Shown here in pieces: positions 17,287 through 27,386 of a stretch of 62,368 bases of DNA; the first letter of the stretch is position 1, and each line of letters begins with the position of its first letter. The notes under the pieces are model-generated. The model was not told where the DNA came from and ran no database searches. It saw only the letters and a list, made by a program, of their open reading frames with translations. Source of the stretch: a virus (Duplodnaviria; Caudoviricetes). The DNA lies in IMG/VR virus record IMGVR_UViG_3300032157_000009, positions 1-62,368 of that record; one strand, 5' to 3'. The position numbers and the translations under genes were made by a program.

Positions 17287-19386
17287 ATGTGGGGATGGGA
17301 GTTTAGTTCAATCAAGTTGAGCAACTTGGTTGTCTCCAAATTCGTCCACGAAGCCCGTGCCAAAGCTGCACCGGGCACTTTCCTTTCCCAGCTGCCAGTG
17401 CAGGCGCGTGCGCCTCGCTTGCCGGCTCTCAATGATGTTTCGCTAACGAATATCCTTCCTCCTTTCGGAACCAATCCGCCTCAAGGCCCAATTGCCAACA
17501 GCGACTTGGACTTGAATGACCGTTACATCCGCAGCGATCCGCGTGAGCTTTGGTATCTCAGCCTGCCCAACAAGCTAACGCCTCAGCAGTGCCTTCAAAT
17601 TCTTCGCAGTGCCCTTGGTGGTGACATTTGGCAACAGTGGCAGCTTTGCGCCATCATGCTGGACAGCTGGCCGACGTTCCGAATGGCCAGCCATCAATTG
17701 ATGGAGGCAGCGGCTTATGCGCGTTACGCAGTCCACCCCTGTGCCGAGGAAGGCAAGAAACCGACGCCACAAGCGATTGAGCGTGCGGACCTGGTCAGCC
17801 GAGCGATTCGCTCCATGCATCCGGATCCGTTCAATGACGAAAAGGGATTCAGCGGAATGTGCTATGCACTGTGCGACGCGATGCTCAATGGCGTGTCCAC
17901 TGTGGAGTTGATTTGGGAATTTCGCACGTCAAGTGATCACGGACGGGAGCGTATGCCCGTTTCCTCAGCCTGGGTTCATCCCCGTCACGTTTCCTTCACC
18001 AACGAAGGCCAGATTGCCGTCTTCAGCGAGAATTACAACCGGCTGACCTATGCGGGTGCTCCGCAATCCACCAAGCCTTCGCCGGACAAATTTCTTTGTG
18101 CCCAGTTCATGAGCAAGGCCGGGTCTTGCCTTGGTGCCGGGTTCATGCGGCCGCTGGTCTGGTATTGGGCTGCGCGTCAGTTCAATCTGGAATGGATGCT
18201 CAACACCGCCAAGCAATACGGCTCACCGTTCATCGACATCACCTACAAGCCGGGCAGCGTGAGCACGGGACCGGGCGGTGAGTTGGAGAAGCTGAATGAG
18301 CTGCTCAAGACCGCCAGCGCCAATCGTCGTTTGCTCCATCCGGAAGGCACGACCGCGGAGATTCATCCAGCGACCTCGCTCGGCAAAGAGAATCCGCAAC
18401 GGGTGCTTGAGGAAAAGGCGGACGAGGCGTGCTTGTTTTTGCTGCTTGGTCAAAAAGGGACGACCACGCCGACGCCGGGCGCCTTGGGATCTCAAGACAC
18501 TCACGAGACCGTCAAGGATGAGCGAATTTCAGGCGTGGCCAATTGGCTGGCGCGCAATCCCCTTCGCCAATTTGCCCGTGCTGTCTTGAGGGTCAATTAC
18601 GGCAATGATGATGAGTGCCCGAACATTGAACCTGACTTCACCAAGCCGCTCAATCCGGAGCAGGTCGGGGCGATGATGACGTCGGTCAGCGGTTCACGCG
18701 TGCCGGTCAGGGCAGATGAATTCTACAAGAAAGTTGGTTTCACTCAACCGGAGGCCGGCGAAGTGGTCTTGACGGGCGGGGTGATCGGCGTCCAGAGCGA
18801 GCCGATGACCGACGAGGAGCGGTTTGATCAACAGCTTGGACAACAGGTCAAGACGGCGGAAGTTCAGATGGAGTTGGGGGCGGAAATGGATCAAGGTCAG
18901 CCCGCGCAAGCGTCTGACAGGGCCAAGGCGGAGTTTGTTCGAGGCGGAGCGCCAATCGGCAACCAAAATGCAAAAGGCCACGGAGCAGACGGAAGCCTGC
19001 CAAAAAAGTTTTGGGCAATCCGCAAAGGTGGGCGCACAACGGCAACCGGAAACCACGTTGGGCTGACGGCAGAATCTTTGTCCGAAATGGCGAAAAGCCA
19101 TGGCGATGGCGCAGAGGTTGTCTTTGACGACAAGCCAATGGGCCAGCAACGAGAAGTTGGCCACTTGTTTGGTTACACTTGGGAACAGATCAGAAGTTGG
19201 CAGCAGGGCATCAAAGGCAGGCGCGGCAAGAAACTACGCGACGTCCTCCACGCCGCTTCCAACGACGAATTGGACGCCTTAGAAGCCAAGCTGGTGGCGG
19301 CAGAGCAAGCACCCCATAAGAACGGCGAGGCTGAAGATTTGAAAGCGGCAGTGATCGGCATTGCCGAACGGAGATTCGAACCGTGA
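17287..19386 (+). CDS. Portal protein, DUF935/Mu gp29-like, with C-terminal insertion
   Basis: DAMLNGVSTVELIW, GFMRPLVWYW...W...QYGSP and LLGQKGTT; lies between terminase and head genes. Confidence 0.85.
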   Translation: MWGWEFSSIKLSNLVVSKFVHEARAKAAPGTFLSQLPVQARAPRLPALNDVSLTNILPPFGTNPPQGPIANSDLDLNDRYIRSDPRELWYLSLPNKLTPQQCLQILRSALGGDIWQQWQLCAIMLDSWPTFRMASHQLMEAAAYARYAVHPCAEEGKKPTPQAIERADLVSRAIRSMHPDPFNDEKGFSGMCYALCDAMLNGVSTVELIWEFRTSSDHGRERMPVSSAWVHPRHVSFTNEGQIAVFSENYNRLTYAGAPQSTKPSPDKFLCAQFMSKAGSCLGAGFMRPLVWYWAARQFNLEWMLNTAKQYGSPFIDITYKPGSVSTGPGGELEKLNELLKTASANRRLLHPEGTTAEIHPATSLGKENPQRVLEEKADEACLFLLLGQKGTTTPTPGALGSQDTHETVKDERISGVANWLARNPLRQFARAVLRVNYGNDDECPNIEPDFTKPLNPEQVGAMMTSVSGSRVPVRADEFYKKVGFTQPEAGEVVLTGGVIGVQSEPMTDEERFDQQLGQQVKTAEVQMELGAEMDQGQPAQASDRAKAEFVRGGAPIGNQNAKGHGADGSLPKKFWAIRKGGRTTATGNHVGLTAESLSEMAKSHGDGAEVVFDDKPMGQQREVGHLFGYTWEQIRSWQQGIKGRRGKKLRDVLHAASNDELDALEAKLVAAEQAPHKNGEAEDLKAAVIGIAERRFEP

Positions 19387-19691
19387 CTGCCATTGAGCAA
19401 GCCAACTTGATTTGGGCAAGGGAGGAGCACAGGGGCAAAATTGATTATGTTGAAGCCAGCGGCACAAGTGAAGGGGCAGAAAAAGGTTGGACTCATCGGG
19501 TTCACGTCCGGATGACCGACAAGCACGCCGTTGGTTCAAACAGCCGTTCGTACCCCAATCAGGAAATTCGCAAGCTTCGGCTCGCTGCTGCTAGTGATGA
19601 GGAGGCGGAAGCTAAGGCGCATGCTTTCTACAAGAAACGGGAATACAAGAATTTGCACACCGTTCACATCGAACGCAACCCAACGCCATGA
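19383..19691 (+). CDS. Small head-associated protein with VEA-SGTSEG motif
   Basis: Shares GTSEGxxKxW with the protease ORF. Confidence 0.6.
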   Translation: MTAIEQANLIWAREEHRGKIDYVEASGTSEGAEKGWTHRVHVRMTDKHAVGSNSRSYPNQEIRKLRLAAASDEEAEAKAHAFYKKREYKNLHTVHIERNPTP

Positions 19692-19975
19692 GCAAGCTCA
19701 AGAAATTTTCCCGCACCGAGCCAACCAAGGCTTTGCCTAGCGTTGCGCCAGCGGGCACGCCCACAGCGGTGAGCGCACCAGAAGTGCCATCACCTCCGGC
19801 TGCGGAAGCAGCTTCAGTCCAAATAGAAAAGGCTGTGGGCGAACCTTTGACGGAAACCACCACTCAAGCCGTGGTGACCAAGGAAGTCCCCAAGCCAGTT
19901 ACAAGGACCGGTGGGGCGGGCTGGTTTGTTCCCGCGCAACGTCAGTCCGGATTTGGAATGGGAGGAACGAAATGA
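19688..19975 (+). CDS. Pro/Ala/Thr-rich hypothetical protein
   Basis: Translationally coupled ORF. Confidence 0.55.
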   Translation: MSKLKKFSRTEPTKALPSVAPAGTPTAVSAPEVPSPPAAEAASVQIEKAVGEPLTETTTQAVVTKEVPKPVTRTGGAGWFVPAQRQSGFGMGGTK

Positions 19976-20145
19976 AAACTGTAAATTTGACGGAAGAAGA
20001 ACATGCTGAGTTGTTGAAGTTGCGCGCTGCCAAGAAGCTGGAAGCGTCGGAATCTGTCAAGACCTGGAAGGATTCGGTGTTGGCGGGAGAAGTGGTTCGT
20101 TGCACAGAGTCAATTCCATTGTTTGTGAAGAATGATTGCGACTGA
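19972..20145 (+). CDS. 57-aa hypothetical protein
   Basis: Translated by hand (MKTVNLTEEEHAELLKL...); GGAGG lies upstream. Confidence 0.5.
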   Translation: MKTVNLTEEEHAELLKLRAAKKLEASESVKTWKDSVLAGEVVRCTESIPLFVKNDCD

Positions 20146-20890
20146 AAACATCAGGGGAAAGTCAGGCGTCTATTGTGCGATTCATCGGGACTCGCTTGCT
20201 TGTTACATCGGCAGCAGCGTCAATTTGAGCCGACGCCGGCACAATCATTTGAACGAGGCAAGGAAAGGGCGTGATGTGAAGTTCCACAAGGCTCTTGCGG
20301 AGTTTGGCGCACACAGCTTCAACTTTGAAGTAATTGAGTTGTGTCCAAGAGAGCAGTTGGCAGAGCGCGAAGACTTTTGGATCAAGTTTTACCGAAGTGC
20401 ACACGGGAATAATTTCAACACTCTCAAGACGGCTCAGTGGCCGGTGTTTGAAAAACCCACAGACGAGATTCGCCAGAAGTTGAGGAAAGCCGCGCTGGGC
20501 AGAAAGTTCAGCGATGCTCACCGAAAAGCCTTGAGCGATTCTCACACGGGCATCAAGCACACCGCGCAATCAAGATCCAACATGGCTGCTTCTCATATTG
20601 GTGTGAAGCGAAGTGATGAGGCTCGCGCTAGAATGAGTTTGGCCCAAAAGGGGAGAATCGTCAGCGATGAATGCCGCGCCAAATTGAGGGCAATCAACTT
20701 GGGAAAGAAGCACAGCGAAGAATCAAAGCGGAAGCTGTCAATCACATTGAAGGGCAGGCCGTTCAACCCTAATTCAATTGCAGCCTGCGTGAAGGCGAAC
20801 ACAGGAGCAAAGCGCAGTTTGGAAACCCGTGAGAGGATGAGGATTTCAAGGTTGGCTTACGTTGAGAAAATGAAAGCAGGAAAAATATGA
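20132..20890 (+). CDS. GIY-YIG homing endonuclease with NUMOD3 repeats
   Basis: SGVYCAI...CYIGSSVNLSRR, then repeats such as GKKHSEESKRKLS and GAKRSLETRERM. Confidence 0.9.
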   Translation: MIATENIRGKSGVYCAIHRDSLACYIGSSVNLSRRRHNHLNEARKGRDVKFHKALAEFGAHSFNFEVIELCPREQLAEREDFWIKFYRSAHGNNFNTLKTAQWPVFEKPTDEIRQKLRKAALGRKFSDAHRKALSDSHTGIKHTAQSRSNMAASHIGVKRSDEARARMSLAQKGRIVSDECRAKLRAINLGKKHSEESKRKLSITLKGRPFNPNSIAACVKANTGAKRSLETRERMRISRLAYVEKMKAGKI

Positions 20891-22638
20891 ATGCAATTTC
20901 TGATGTTGTGACCGGGGCGGATTTAGGCGGAAGAGTTCAACGAGAGTTGAAAGTGGGTGAAAAGTTTTCTTTCATGTGGATGCCGGCTGGCCAACACAAG
21001 ATAGTTGCCGGGTTCAGGAACGGGAGCATTGAGCTGAATGTCATTTGTGACAAGAGTACGGCTGACAAGGTCAACGCCAGTCTTCAGTCTTGGCGGGAAG
21101 AAAGGCCCAAACAAGAGCCATTTGGTTGTGTGGAGCACAGAGAGCAAGAAGCGAGCTTTAGAGTCAATGCCAGTTGCAATTTCTCATTCAACGATGACGG
21201 GGTTTATTTGACGGCTGTTCCGACAAAGCTGGGAGCGGAAAACATCAATGGTGGAATCCACAGAAGTTGGAGTCCAAGCTTCACTACGGACGCCGACTAT
21301 AGCGCAGCGAAGACGATTCAAACTTCATCCGGACAATCCGTGCTGGTCTTTCCTGAAGGAGTGCGCGGCAGTTCAACAAATCCCGCAACGATCACAGGTG
21401 TCGATTTTTGCCTTGGAACTATTACGAATCGTCCGGCGTTCCACGCCATGGCACCCGTGAAGGCACGGGAGACGGTGCAGGCAACAGGGACGAGTGAGGG
21501 GGTGCGGAAATCGTGGGAGTCGCGGAGGACCGGAAGCGGTAAAGCTATTCCGCACGTAAGCGACGACGTTTACACCCGTTCCGAGAAAGTTCCTAAGTGG
21601 AATGTTCCGGTCAGTCCGTTGCGAGACAGGGATGTTGGTGGCCGGCAGTTGAAACAGAGATTGCCTGAGTTTTCAAAAGCCGATCACGAGCACGCAGCGA
21701 AAGCTCACATGGAAGCCGCTAGCGAACACGAAAAAGCATGGGGCGAAACTCAAGACAAAGCGCATAAAGAAACTTTCGGAAAGAAGCCAGAGTTTCACGA
21801 TTATCGAGTTTCTGGCGTTGGGCGTGATGAGTATTCCGAGGAACACAAAGACGCGCTTCGCCATCATGCGCTTTCAAAAACTGACCACATGTCGGCAGCG
21901 CATGCACATTGGAAAGCCGCTGGACACCACGGGGTCACCACGGAAGAATTGAAATCAAAAGTTTCAGCTTCGGAAGCAATTACAGCCCATTGCCACGAAA
22001 ACCTGCTACGCGACGTGCCCGACGCCACCAAGGCAGAAATCGCCCAGTATGAGAAGTTGATTGACGACGGCGGTGCTCATGGTGATGCGGTTTACGAGAT
22101 CCGCAAAGATCGAAAGAATGGGTTTGTGAGCACGGCCGAGAAGCCTACATTGGATTCCATTTACGGCAAGGTGGAGGCCAGCCAATCCGCGGCCAATCAA
22201 TTGGCAGAAGCGAATGGCATGGCCAAGCTGACGGCGGAGGATGTGTATGCTCGCCATACCGTTACTGCTGTCTGGAGCGATGCCGCGCGCAAAGCGGCGC
22301 TCGAGGCGCGCAAACGAAAGAAGGGTGCCGCCTACAATCCTGACTCTCGCTGGTCCACTTCCATGCAAAGCAAGGAAGAGACCGCCAAGATGAGCGAGGC
22401 GGATATCAAGGAAGCGATCCATGACACTCATACCTATCTCAAAGAGGAGCTAGGCAAGGCGCCGACGCATGGCGAGATCGCAACTGAATTTCACCAGACG
22501 CATGGCGTCAAGCTGTCGCACGAAGCGATCAAGAAGCATCTCAAGACCAAGGCCAGCGAGATGGCGTCTGGCGATGCCGTGACGGCGGCAGCTCCAACCT
22601 TGGAATCAATTTACGCCCGAGCGGGCGAAAACCGCTGA
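20887..22638 (+). CDS. Mu gpI-like prohead protease with long C-terminal cargo/scaffold region
   Basis: CVEH...A, WSPSF, GTITNRPAFHAMAPV; directly upstream of the capsid gene. Confidence 0.75.
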   Translation: MNAISDVVTGADLGGRVQRELKVGEKFSFMWMPAGQHKIVAGFRNGSIELNVICDKSTADKVNASLQSWREERPKQEPFGCVEHREQEASFRVNASCNFSFNDDGVYLTAVPTKLGAENINGGIHRSWSPSFTTDADYSAAKTIQTSSGQSVLVFPEGVRGSSTNPATITGVDFCLGTITNRPAFHAMAPVKARETVQATGTSEGVRKSWESRRTGSGKAIPHVSDDVYTRSEKVPKWNVPVSPLRDRDVGGRQLKQRLPEFSKADHEHAAKAHMEAASEHEKAWGETQDKAHKETFGKKPEFHDYRVSGVGRDEYSEEHKDALRHHALSKTDHMSAAHAHWKAAGHHGVTTEELKSKVSASEAITAHCHENLLRDVPDATKAEIAQYEKLIDDGGAHGDAVYEIRKDRKNGFVSTAEKPTLDSIYGKVEASQSAANQLAEANGMAKLTAEDVYARHTVTAVWSDAARKAALEARKRKKGAAYNPDSRWSTSMQSKEETAKMSEADIKEAIHDTHTYLKEELGKAPTHGEIATEFHQTHGVKLSHEAIKKHLKTKASEMASGDAVTAAAPTLESIYARAGENR

Positions 22639-22680
22639 GGAGGCGGGGACAGCAAAACAACAAACAACAGAGGACAACAA

Positions 22681-24402
22681 ATGAAAGTAGTCATCCAAAA
22701 AGTCCCGCCGGACAGCAAGTTCAAGGTGGGTGCCAGTCTCGACCTAAGTGGAACCGAGCTGGATGTGCTGGAGCAGGCGGGTCATGAATACATCACCGCG
22801 TCTGAGTTCGCCAGCCTCGAACGGGAAAAGACCATCAAGGCCAATCAACGCAACGCGTTCAAAGGTCTGGTCGTGCAGGCGGTCAACAAGGCGGTGGAGC
22901 GGGAAGCGTGCTTGCCCAAGGGCGATGCCGACAACAGCGCCGACAAGATCACCGCGCGGGCGGTTGAGCAGATCGAAAAGGGTGCCGATCCTGAGTTCGT
23001 GGTCGCCTTCATTGATGGTTTGCCGGGCAAGGCCGATAAGGTTTTGGCCCAGCGCATGACCAAGTTCCAGAATGATGAAAACGGCATGCGTTTCAATTCG
23101 TTGACGGTCACTGGGACAGACATCAAGGACGCGACCAAAGGTTACGTCAAGGCGATGGAAGGGCAGGAAGCGCTTTGCCGTTCCAATCAGTGGGACGAGG
23201 CGTTGCGCCAGAGCCGGGAAGCCGGAGTGATTCTGAGTCAGCATCACATCAAGGCGCAGGACGCGCTGTTGACCGACATGGTGGCCGGGGCAACCCGGTT
23301 TGACCCGAAGACGGTGCGAGCGGCCACGTTCTCCGATCCCAACAGCCAGGTGGGTGCGTTGGCCGGGGACTTGATCCTGATGCGCAACCTGGGCTTCCTC
23401 AAGAACAAATTGAACTGGATGAAGTATCTGACCACGGATTTGTCCGGCGAGCCGGCCAAGTTTGGTCAGGCGATCCTCACCCGCTACATCACGCCTCCGG
23501 GTGTTCTGACCTGGGTGCCAGGCGTGGGCTTCACCAGCGACGCTCAGACCATCTCCGATCACAACGCGGGCACGACCCAATCGGCTGCCACGGTGGCGGG
23601 CACGGCAGTGGTGCGCACCTTGAGTGTGCCTTCGACCACGGACAAGAGCGTGACCTTGAATATGTTCAAGGCGACGGAAATCACCTTCCCGGTTTCGACC
23701 CTGGGCGGGACGATGCGTAACTTGTTTGCGGAACAGTACAGCGCGCAGTTGTATTCGCTGGCGGAGGTCATCAACCAGTATGTGTTGACGGGCATCTTTG
23801 CGGCCACGTGGACCGGCATCAAGACCAGCTACACCAAGAGTTTGGCGAACTGGAATTTGTCGGGCATGATTGGCGTGAAGAACGCCATGACCATCAGCAA
23901 GATTCCGGACGTGGGCCGGTTCACGCTCCTGCACTCCTACTACCACGACAAGCTGTTGGAAGACTCCAACCTGCTTTCGGCCAAGGCGATCCTGGCGCTG
24001 ATCAACAAGGATCAGTCCAGCTTTGAGTCGGGCGAAGTGCCCACGCTCTTTGGCGTCAAGCCGCTGGAAAGCCAGTTGTCCAGCGCCACGGCAGCGGGGG
24101 TGTTGACCTCTTGGACGGACGATGCCGATCTCGGCACCACGAACATTGTCGGGTTTGCCGGCAACATGAGCAGCTTCCTGTTTGTGAGCCGTCCGCCCCA
24201 GGACTGGACCACAACGCTCACCCAGCTGGGTATTCCGAGCACCGCCTCCATCCGCCTCGTCACCGAGCCGGACAGCGGTTTGACGGTGATGGTGTTCAGC
24301 TATGCCGACAACGGCACGATGAGCATCAATCAGCGCGTGTGCGTGATGTACGGTGCGGCGCAGGGCGACCCACGCGTTGGCCTGACGATCAAGGCTGCCT
24401 GA
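22681..24402 (+). CDS. Major capsid protein with N-terminal scaffold-like extension
   Basis: Position after the protease, strong codon bias, and a P22-coat/HK97-like C-terminal ~360 aa; followed by a strong hairpin. Confidence 0.8.
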   Translation: MKVVIQKVPPDSKFKVGASLDLSGTELDVLEQAGHEYITASEFASLEREKTIKANQRNAFKGLVVQAVNKAVEREACLPKGDADNSADKITARAVEQIEKGADPEFVVAFIDGLPGKADKVLAQRMTKFQNDENGMRFNSLTVTGTDIKDATKGYVKAMEGQEALCRSNQWDEALRQSREAGVILSQHHIKAQDALLTDMVAGATRFDPKTVRAATFSDPNSQVGALAGDLILMRNLGFLKNKLNWMKYLTTDLSGEPAKFGQAILTRYITPPGVLTWVPGVGFTSDAQTISDHNAGTTQSAATVAGTAVVRTLSVPSTTDKSVTLNMFKATEITFPVSTLGGTMRNLFAEQYSAQLYSLAEVINQYVLTGIFAATWTGIKTSYTKSLANWNLSGMIGVKNAMTISKIPDVGRFTLLHSYYHDKLLEDSNLLSAKAILALINKDQSSFESGEVPTLFGVKPLESQLSSATAAGVLTSWTDDADLGTTNIVGFAGNMSSFLFVSRPPQDWTTTLTQLGIPSTASIRLVTEPDSGLTVMVFSYADNGTMSINQRVCVMYGAAQGDPRVGLTIKAA

Positions 24403-24410
24403 ACCAATTA

Positions 24411-24441
24411 GCCCGGTTCGCCTGAGTTGGGCGAGCCGGGC
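24411..24441 (+). terminator. Stem-loop after the capsid gene
   Basis: GCCCGGTTCGCC-loop-GGCGAGCCGGGC; weak U-tract. Confidence 0.55.
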
Positions 24442-24478
24442 AATTTCAACCAATCAAAATCAAAGAAAGATCAAAACG

Positions 24479-24967
24479 ATGAATACCAAATTCAAATTCT
24501 TAACGGCAGCGCTGGTGGTTCTTGCCACGTTGTTGTTTGTTGCTCCGGCGGACGCCCAGTTGGGCAAGCCGGCAGTATTGTTCAGCACGGCGTCCGGCAC
24601 GGTGACGGAAGGCGTCACCAATGCTAAGATCGCCTACAACATCACGGCCACGCCCAACAAGGTGATTGATTGCACGGCAGGCAAGGACCTGTTTTTGCAG
24701 TTCCGTTTTCAATACACCACCACCAGCATCCCGGCCACGAACACCACGTTTCAGTTCAGCGTGGCAGCCGAACCGAATGCAGTTGGGGCTACCAATCGGC
24801 ACGCCATCGCTTCCTGGGGCGTGGCGGTGGCAGGCAGTACAACGGACACCGGATTCGTCACCTGGACCACTAATATAAGTGTGCTGGGGCGACCGTATGT
24901 GTATCTGGACTCGGTGCTGCCCTTGGCACCCATCACCAACTTGACGGTGAAGTATCTGGTCAAATAG
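24479..24967 (+). CDS. Signal-peptide-bearing beta-rich protein at the head-decoration position
   Basis: MNTKFKF-LTAALVVLATLLFVAP-ADA/Q (n/h/c regions with AxA site). Confidence 0.75.
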   Translation: MNTKFKFLTAALVVLATLLFVAPADAQLGKPAVLFSTASGTVTEGVTNAKIAYNITATPNKVIDCTAGKDLFLQFRFQYTTTSIPATNTTFQFSVAAEPNAVGATNRHAIASWGVAVAGSTTDTGFVTWTTNISVLGRPYVYLDSVLPLAPITNLTVKYLVK

Positions 24968-24990
24968 TTCTCTCGTACGAGCGCGGCGGG

Positions 24991-25024
24991 CTGCTCACGG
25001 CTTTTCTGGGTTGGCCGTGAGCAG
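24991..25024 (+). terminator. Stem-loop
   Basis: Perfect 11-bp stem CTGCTCACGGC/GCCGTGAGCAG. Confidence 0.5.
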
Positions 25025-25042
25025 TCTCCACCAATAAACTTT

Positions 25043-25648
25043 ATGGCCACGAACTGGACGGTGATGACGGGGACCATGGTGAGGAAAGTCCTCACAGCGG
25101 CCACCCAGTCAGACCCCAATCAGAATCTGGCGGAAGGTGTGTTGGACGGAGACGAACTGAATTTGAGTGCGTCCAACCGACGAGACGAGGCAGTGGCAGA
25201 AGCGGTTAAGGAAGTGCGCGGGGCAATTCGGACGGCCGGACGGTATCCGTACGCCGTCACCGCTAGCACCGTGCCCCCAGAAGGGGAATGGCACACGTTG
25301 GTGATTGCGGCGTGGCGGCTGATTAATTCGACGCCCGGTCTGGCACGATCATTTTTGGCAGGCGACGGTGGCGCTGAGACCCCGTTGGCCAAGATGTATC
25401 GGGAGGCCATTGAATGGATTTACGGTTGCGGTTGTCCCAAACAAGGTGGGCTACGTCAAGGAGAAAGATTTACCGAGCCCACGGATCCTGTGGGAGTGGA
25501 CTGGACCACGGCGGTGGCAGCCGACAACGTTGCCATCAGCGGTATCCGTTGGGGAGATTCCGTCGCAGACGATTCTGAATACGAAGCTGGCATCACCGAA
25601 GACGGTATCGTGGTGAACAGCCAGTCTCAAAACATGAACACATACTAG
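25043..25648 (+). CDS. Head-tail adaptor candidate (Mu gp36-like)
   Basis: Position and helical pattern AVKEVRGAI...IAAWRL...YREAIEW. Confidence 0.55.
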   Translation: MATNWTVMTGTMVRKVLTAATQSDPNQNLAEGVLDGDELNLSASNRRDEAVAEAVKEVRGAIRTAGRYPYAVTASTVPPEGEWHTLVIAAWRLINSTPGLARSFLAGDGGAETPLAKMYREAIEWIYGCGCPKQGGLRQGERFTEPTDPVGVDWTTAVAADNVAISGIRWGDSVADDSEYEAGITEDGIVVNSQSQNMNTY

Positions 25649-25655
25649 GTCCCTT

Positions 25656-27386
25656 GTGGCTGCTTTTGCTCTCATTGCTGCTGGTGTCGCTCCTGCTCGG
25701 GCTGTGGCTCGGGACGCGGGAGCAACCTTGACAGCCATCCGTGCCGAGCGTTTGGCGCGACGGATTGAGAGCGTGCTGGCCAAAGACTCTGGCCGCACCG
25801 CCAAGGCAATCGTTCACGACGAAGCCGGTAACGTGCTGGTGATTCGGGATGCGACTTACGGAACGTGGGATTTGCCGGGTGGTCACCTTCATGAAGGTGA
25901 AAGTCTCAATCAAGGTTTGCACCGAGAAGTGAAAGAGGAAACTGGCCTTGAGATCAGCGGCGAGAGTTGGAATCGCAACGTCAACCAAGGCCGAACAGAA
26001 GTGTTCGACACCCAGGTTTTCGGGGTCAAGCCAAGGGTCACCCTTTCCGACGAACACACCGCTTTCAAGTGGGTTGAACCCCAGGAAGCCGAAAAACTGG
26101 CTGCTTTCTGGTTGCAGGACACCTCCGGGAACGTTCCCGGCTCGTCCAGGGCGAGCTTTTATCCCGAAACCGGGCCAACGGGCGTCCCCGCCACCCAAAA
26201 CGCCTTAAACGCCAAGGAGCGAGTCCGGTCAGACGCCGAAAAACAGATCGGCCGAGCCGTCAACCGGGTTGTCACCTTGGCCGAGGCTGGAGTATTGGCC
26301 AAGCAACCGGCTGACGACTTTTGGCCGTTTGCGGCCGCTGCATTCTTTGGCGCTGTCATGGCCGCCTACGGCCAATCAGCCAAAGCCTTGGCGGTGATTG
26401 AACGAGGGGCAGACCACGGTGAAACGGTCACCGAAGCCGAAGAGCGCGCCCATGCTGAGCAACGAGCTGAATTGCTCAAGGACTTTCCCAAGCGGATTCG
26501 GGAGCGGTTGGAGTTGGAACTGAAACGGGGTGAAGAGCTTGGTGAGACCGAGTCTGAACTTCATCTTCGCATCACATCCGAAGGCGAGCGCATCTTGGAA
26601 GGCGAAGGTCGGGTGGTGGCGGAAACCGAAGCGCAAGCCATTGCTGGCTCGGCTACGTTGCGGGCCTTGAAACGAGCCGGGTTTGAAACCTGTTTCTGGG
26701 TCACGGTAGGCGACGAGCGGGTGCGTGATAGTCACACCCACAACGAATCAGTTGGCGCAGTCAAGCTGGGTGACAAGTTTCCGAATGGTTGCCGGTTTCC
26801 GGGTGATCCGCTTGCGCCGTTGGCGGAGACGATCAATTGTCGGTGTTGGTTGGTTGGTGCAAACCGGGAAGTGATTGGAGCGAGCGACACAGGACAGCGT
26901 CGTGCCAAGCCGGGTGGTGAGTTTGGGGCGAATGGCGAATGGTATGAAGGTGGCAAATGGATCGCTACTCAAGAGGACAGGGCCAAGCAAGCACCAGCGC
27001 CGGTTCATGAATTGTCTCCGGAAGAAAAAGAGCGTCGCGAACAACTCCGGTTGGCAAATGAAAAACAAGCAGCCCACGTCAAGGCATGGACAGAAGCACG
27101 AAGAACAGAGCTAAAGCCTGTCTTGGATGTCTTGAAGCAGGACTTAAAAGATATGTGGGGAAACCCATTGACCGAGCAAGGATTCCAGCCCAACCAATTT
27201 TTGTTGTCGTTACACCAACAATTGCTCGGCGGCAATTTGAGCCCGCGTCAAGCAGAGTTTGCCACCAAGGAAGTTTTAGGCAGGCGCACCAAAAAGAACG
27301 CAGAAGAGTGGGACGCATTGCACCAGAAAATCTCAGAGGATTTCGAGCCGGGCCATCCAACCTACGAGGCCACCAAACCACAATGA
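25656..27386 (+). CDS. NUDIX hydrolase-MuF (minor head) fusion with additional C-terminal domain
   Basis: NUDIX box PGGHLHEGESLNQGLHREVKEETGL; MuF motifs WVTVGDERVRDSH...FPGDP...TINCRC. Confidence 0.88.
   Translation: MAAFALIAAGVAPARAVARDAGATLTAIRAERLARRIESVLAKDSGRTAKAIVHDEAGNVLVIRDATYGTWDLPGGHLHEGESLNQGLHREVKEETGLEISGESWNRNVNQGRTEVFDTQVFGVKPRVTLSDEHTAFKWVEPQEAEKLAAFWLQDTSGNVPGSSRASFYPETGPTGVPATQNALNAKERVRSDAEKQIGRAVNRVVTLAEAGVLAKQPADDFWPFAAAAFFGAVMAAYGQSAKALAVIERGADHGETVTEAEERAHAEQRAELLKDFPKRIRERLELELKRGEELGETESELHLRITSEGERILEGEGRVVAETEAQAIAGSATLRALKRAGFETCFWVTVGDERVRDSHTHNESVGAVKLGDKFPNGCRFPGDPLAPLAETINCRCWLVGANREVIGASDTGQRRAKPGGEFGANGEWYEGGKWIATQEDRAKQAPAPVHELSPEEKERREQLRLANEKQAAHVKAWTEARRTELKPVLDVLKQDLKDMWGNPLTEQGFQPNQFLLSLHQQLLGGNLSPRQAEFATKEVLGRRTKKNAEEWDALHQKISEDFEPGHPTYEATKPQ

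Noticed and set aside
20132-20890. Group I intron around the GIY-YIG gene
   Set aside because: The ORF overlaps both neighbours and I saw no P7-like core.
22744-24453. 569-aa minus-strand ORF opposite the capsid gene
   Set aside because: Shadow ORF expected from the strong codon bias of the capsid gene; no motifs, and it opposes the genome-wide orientation.
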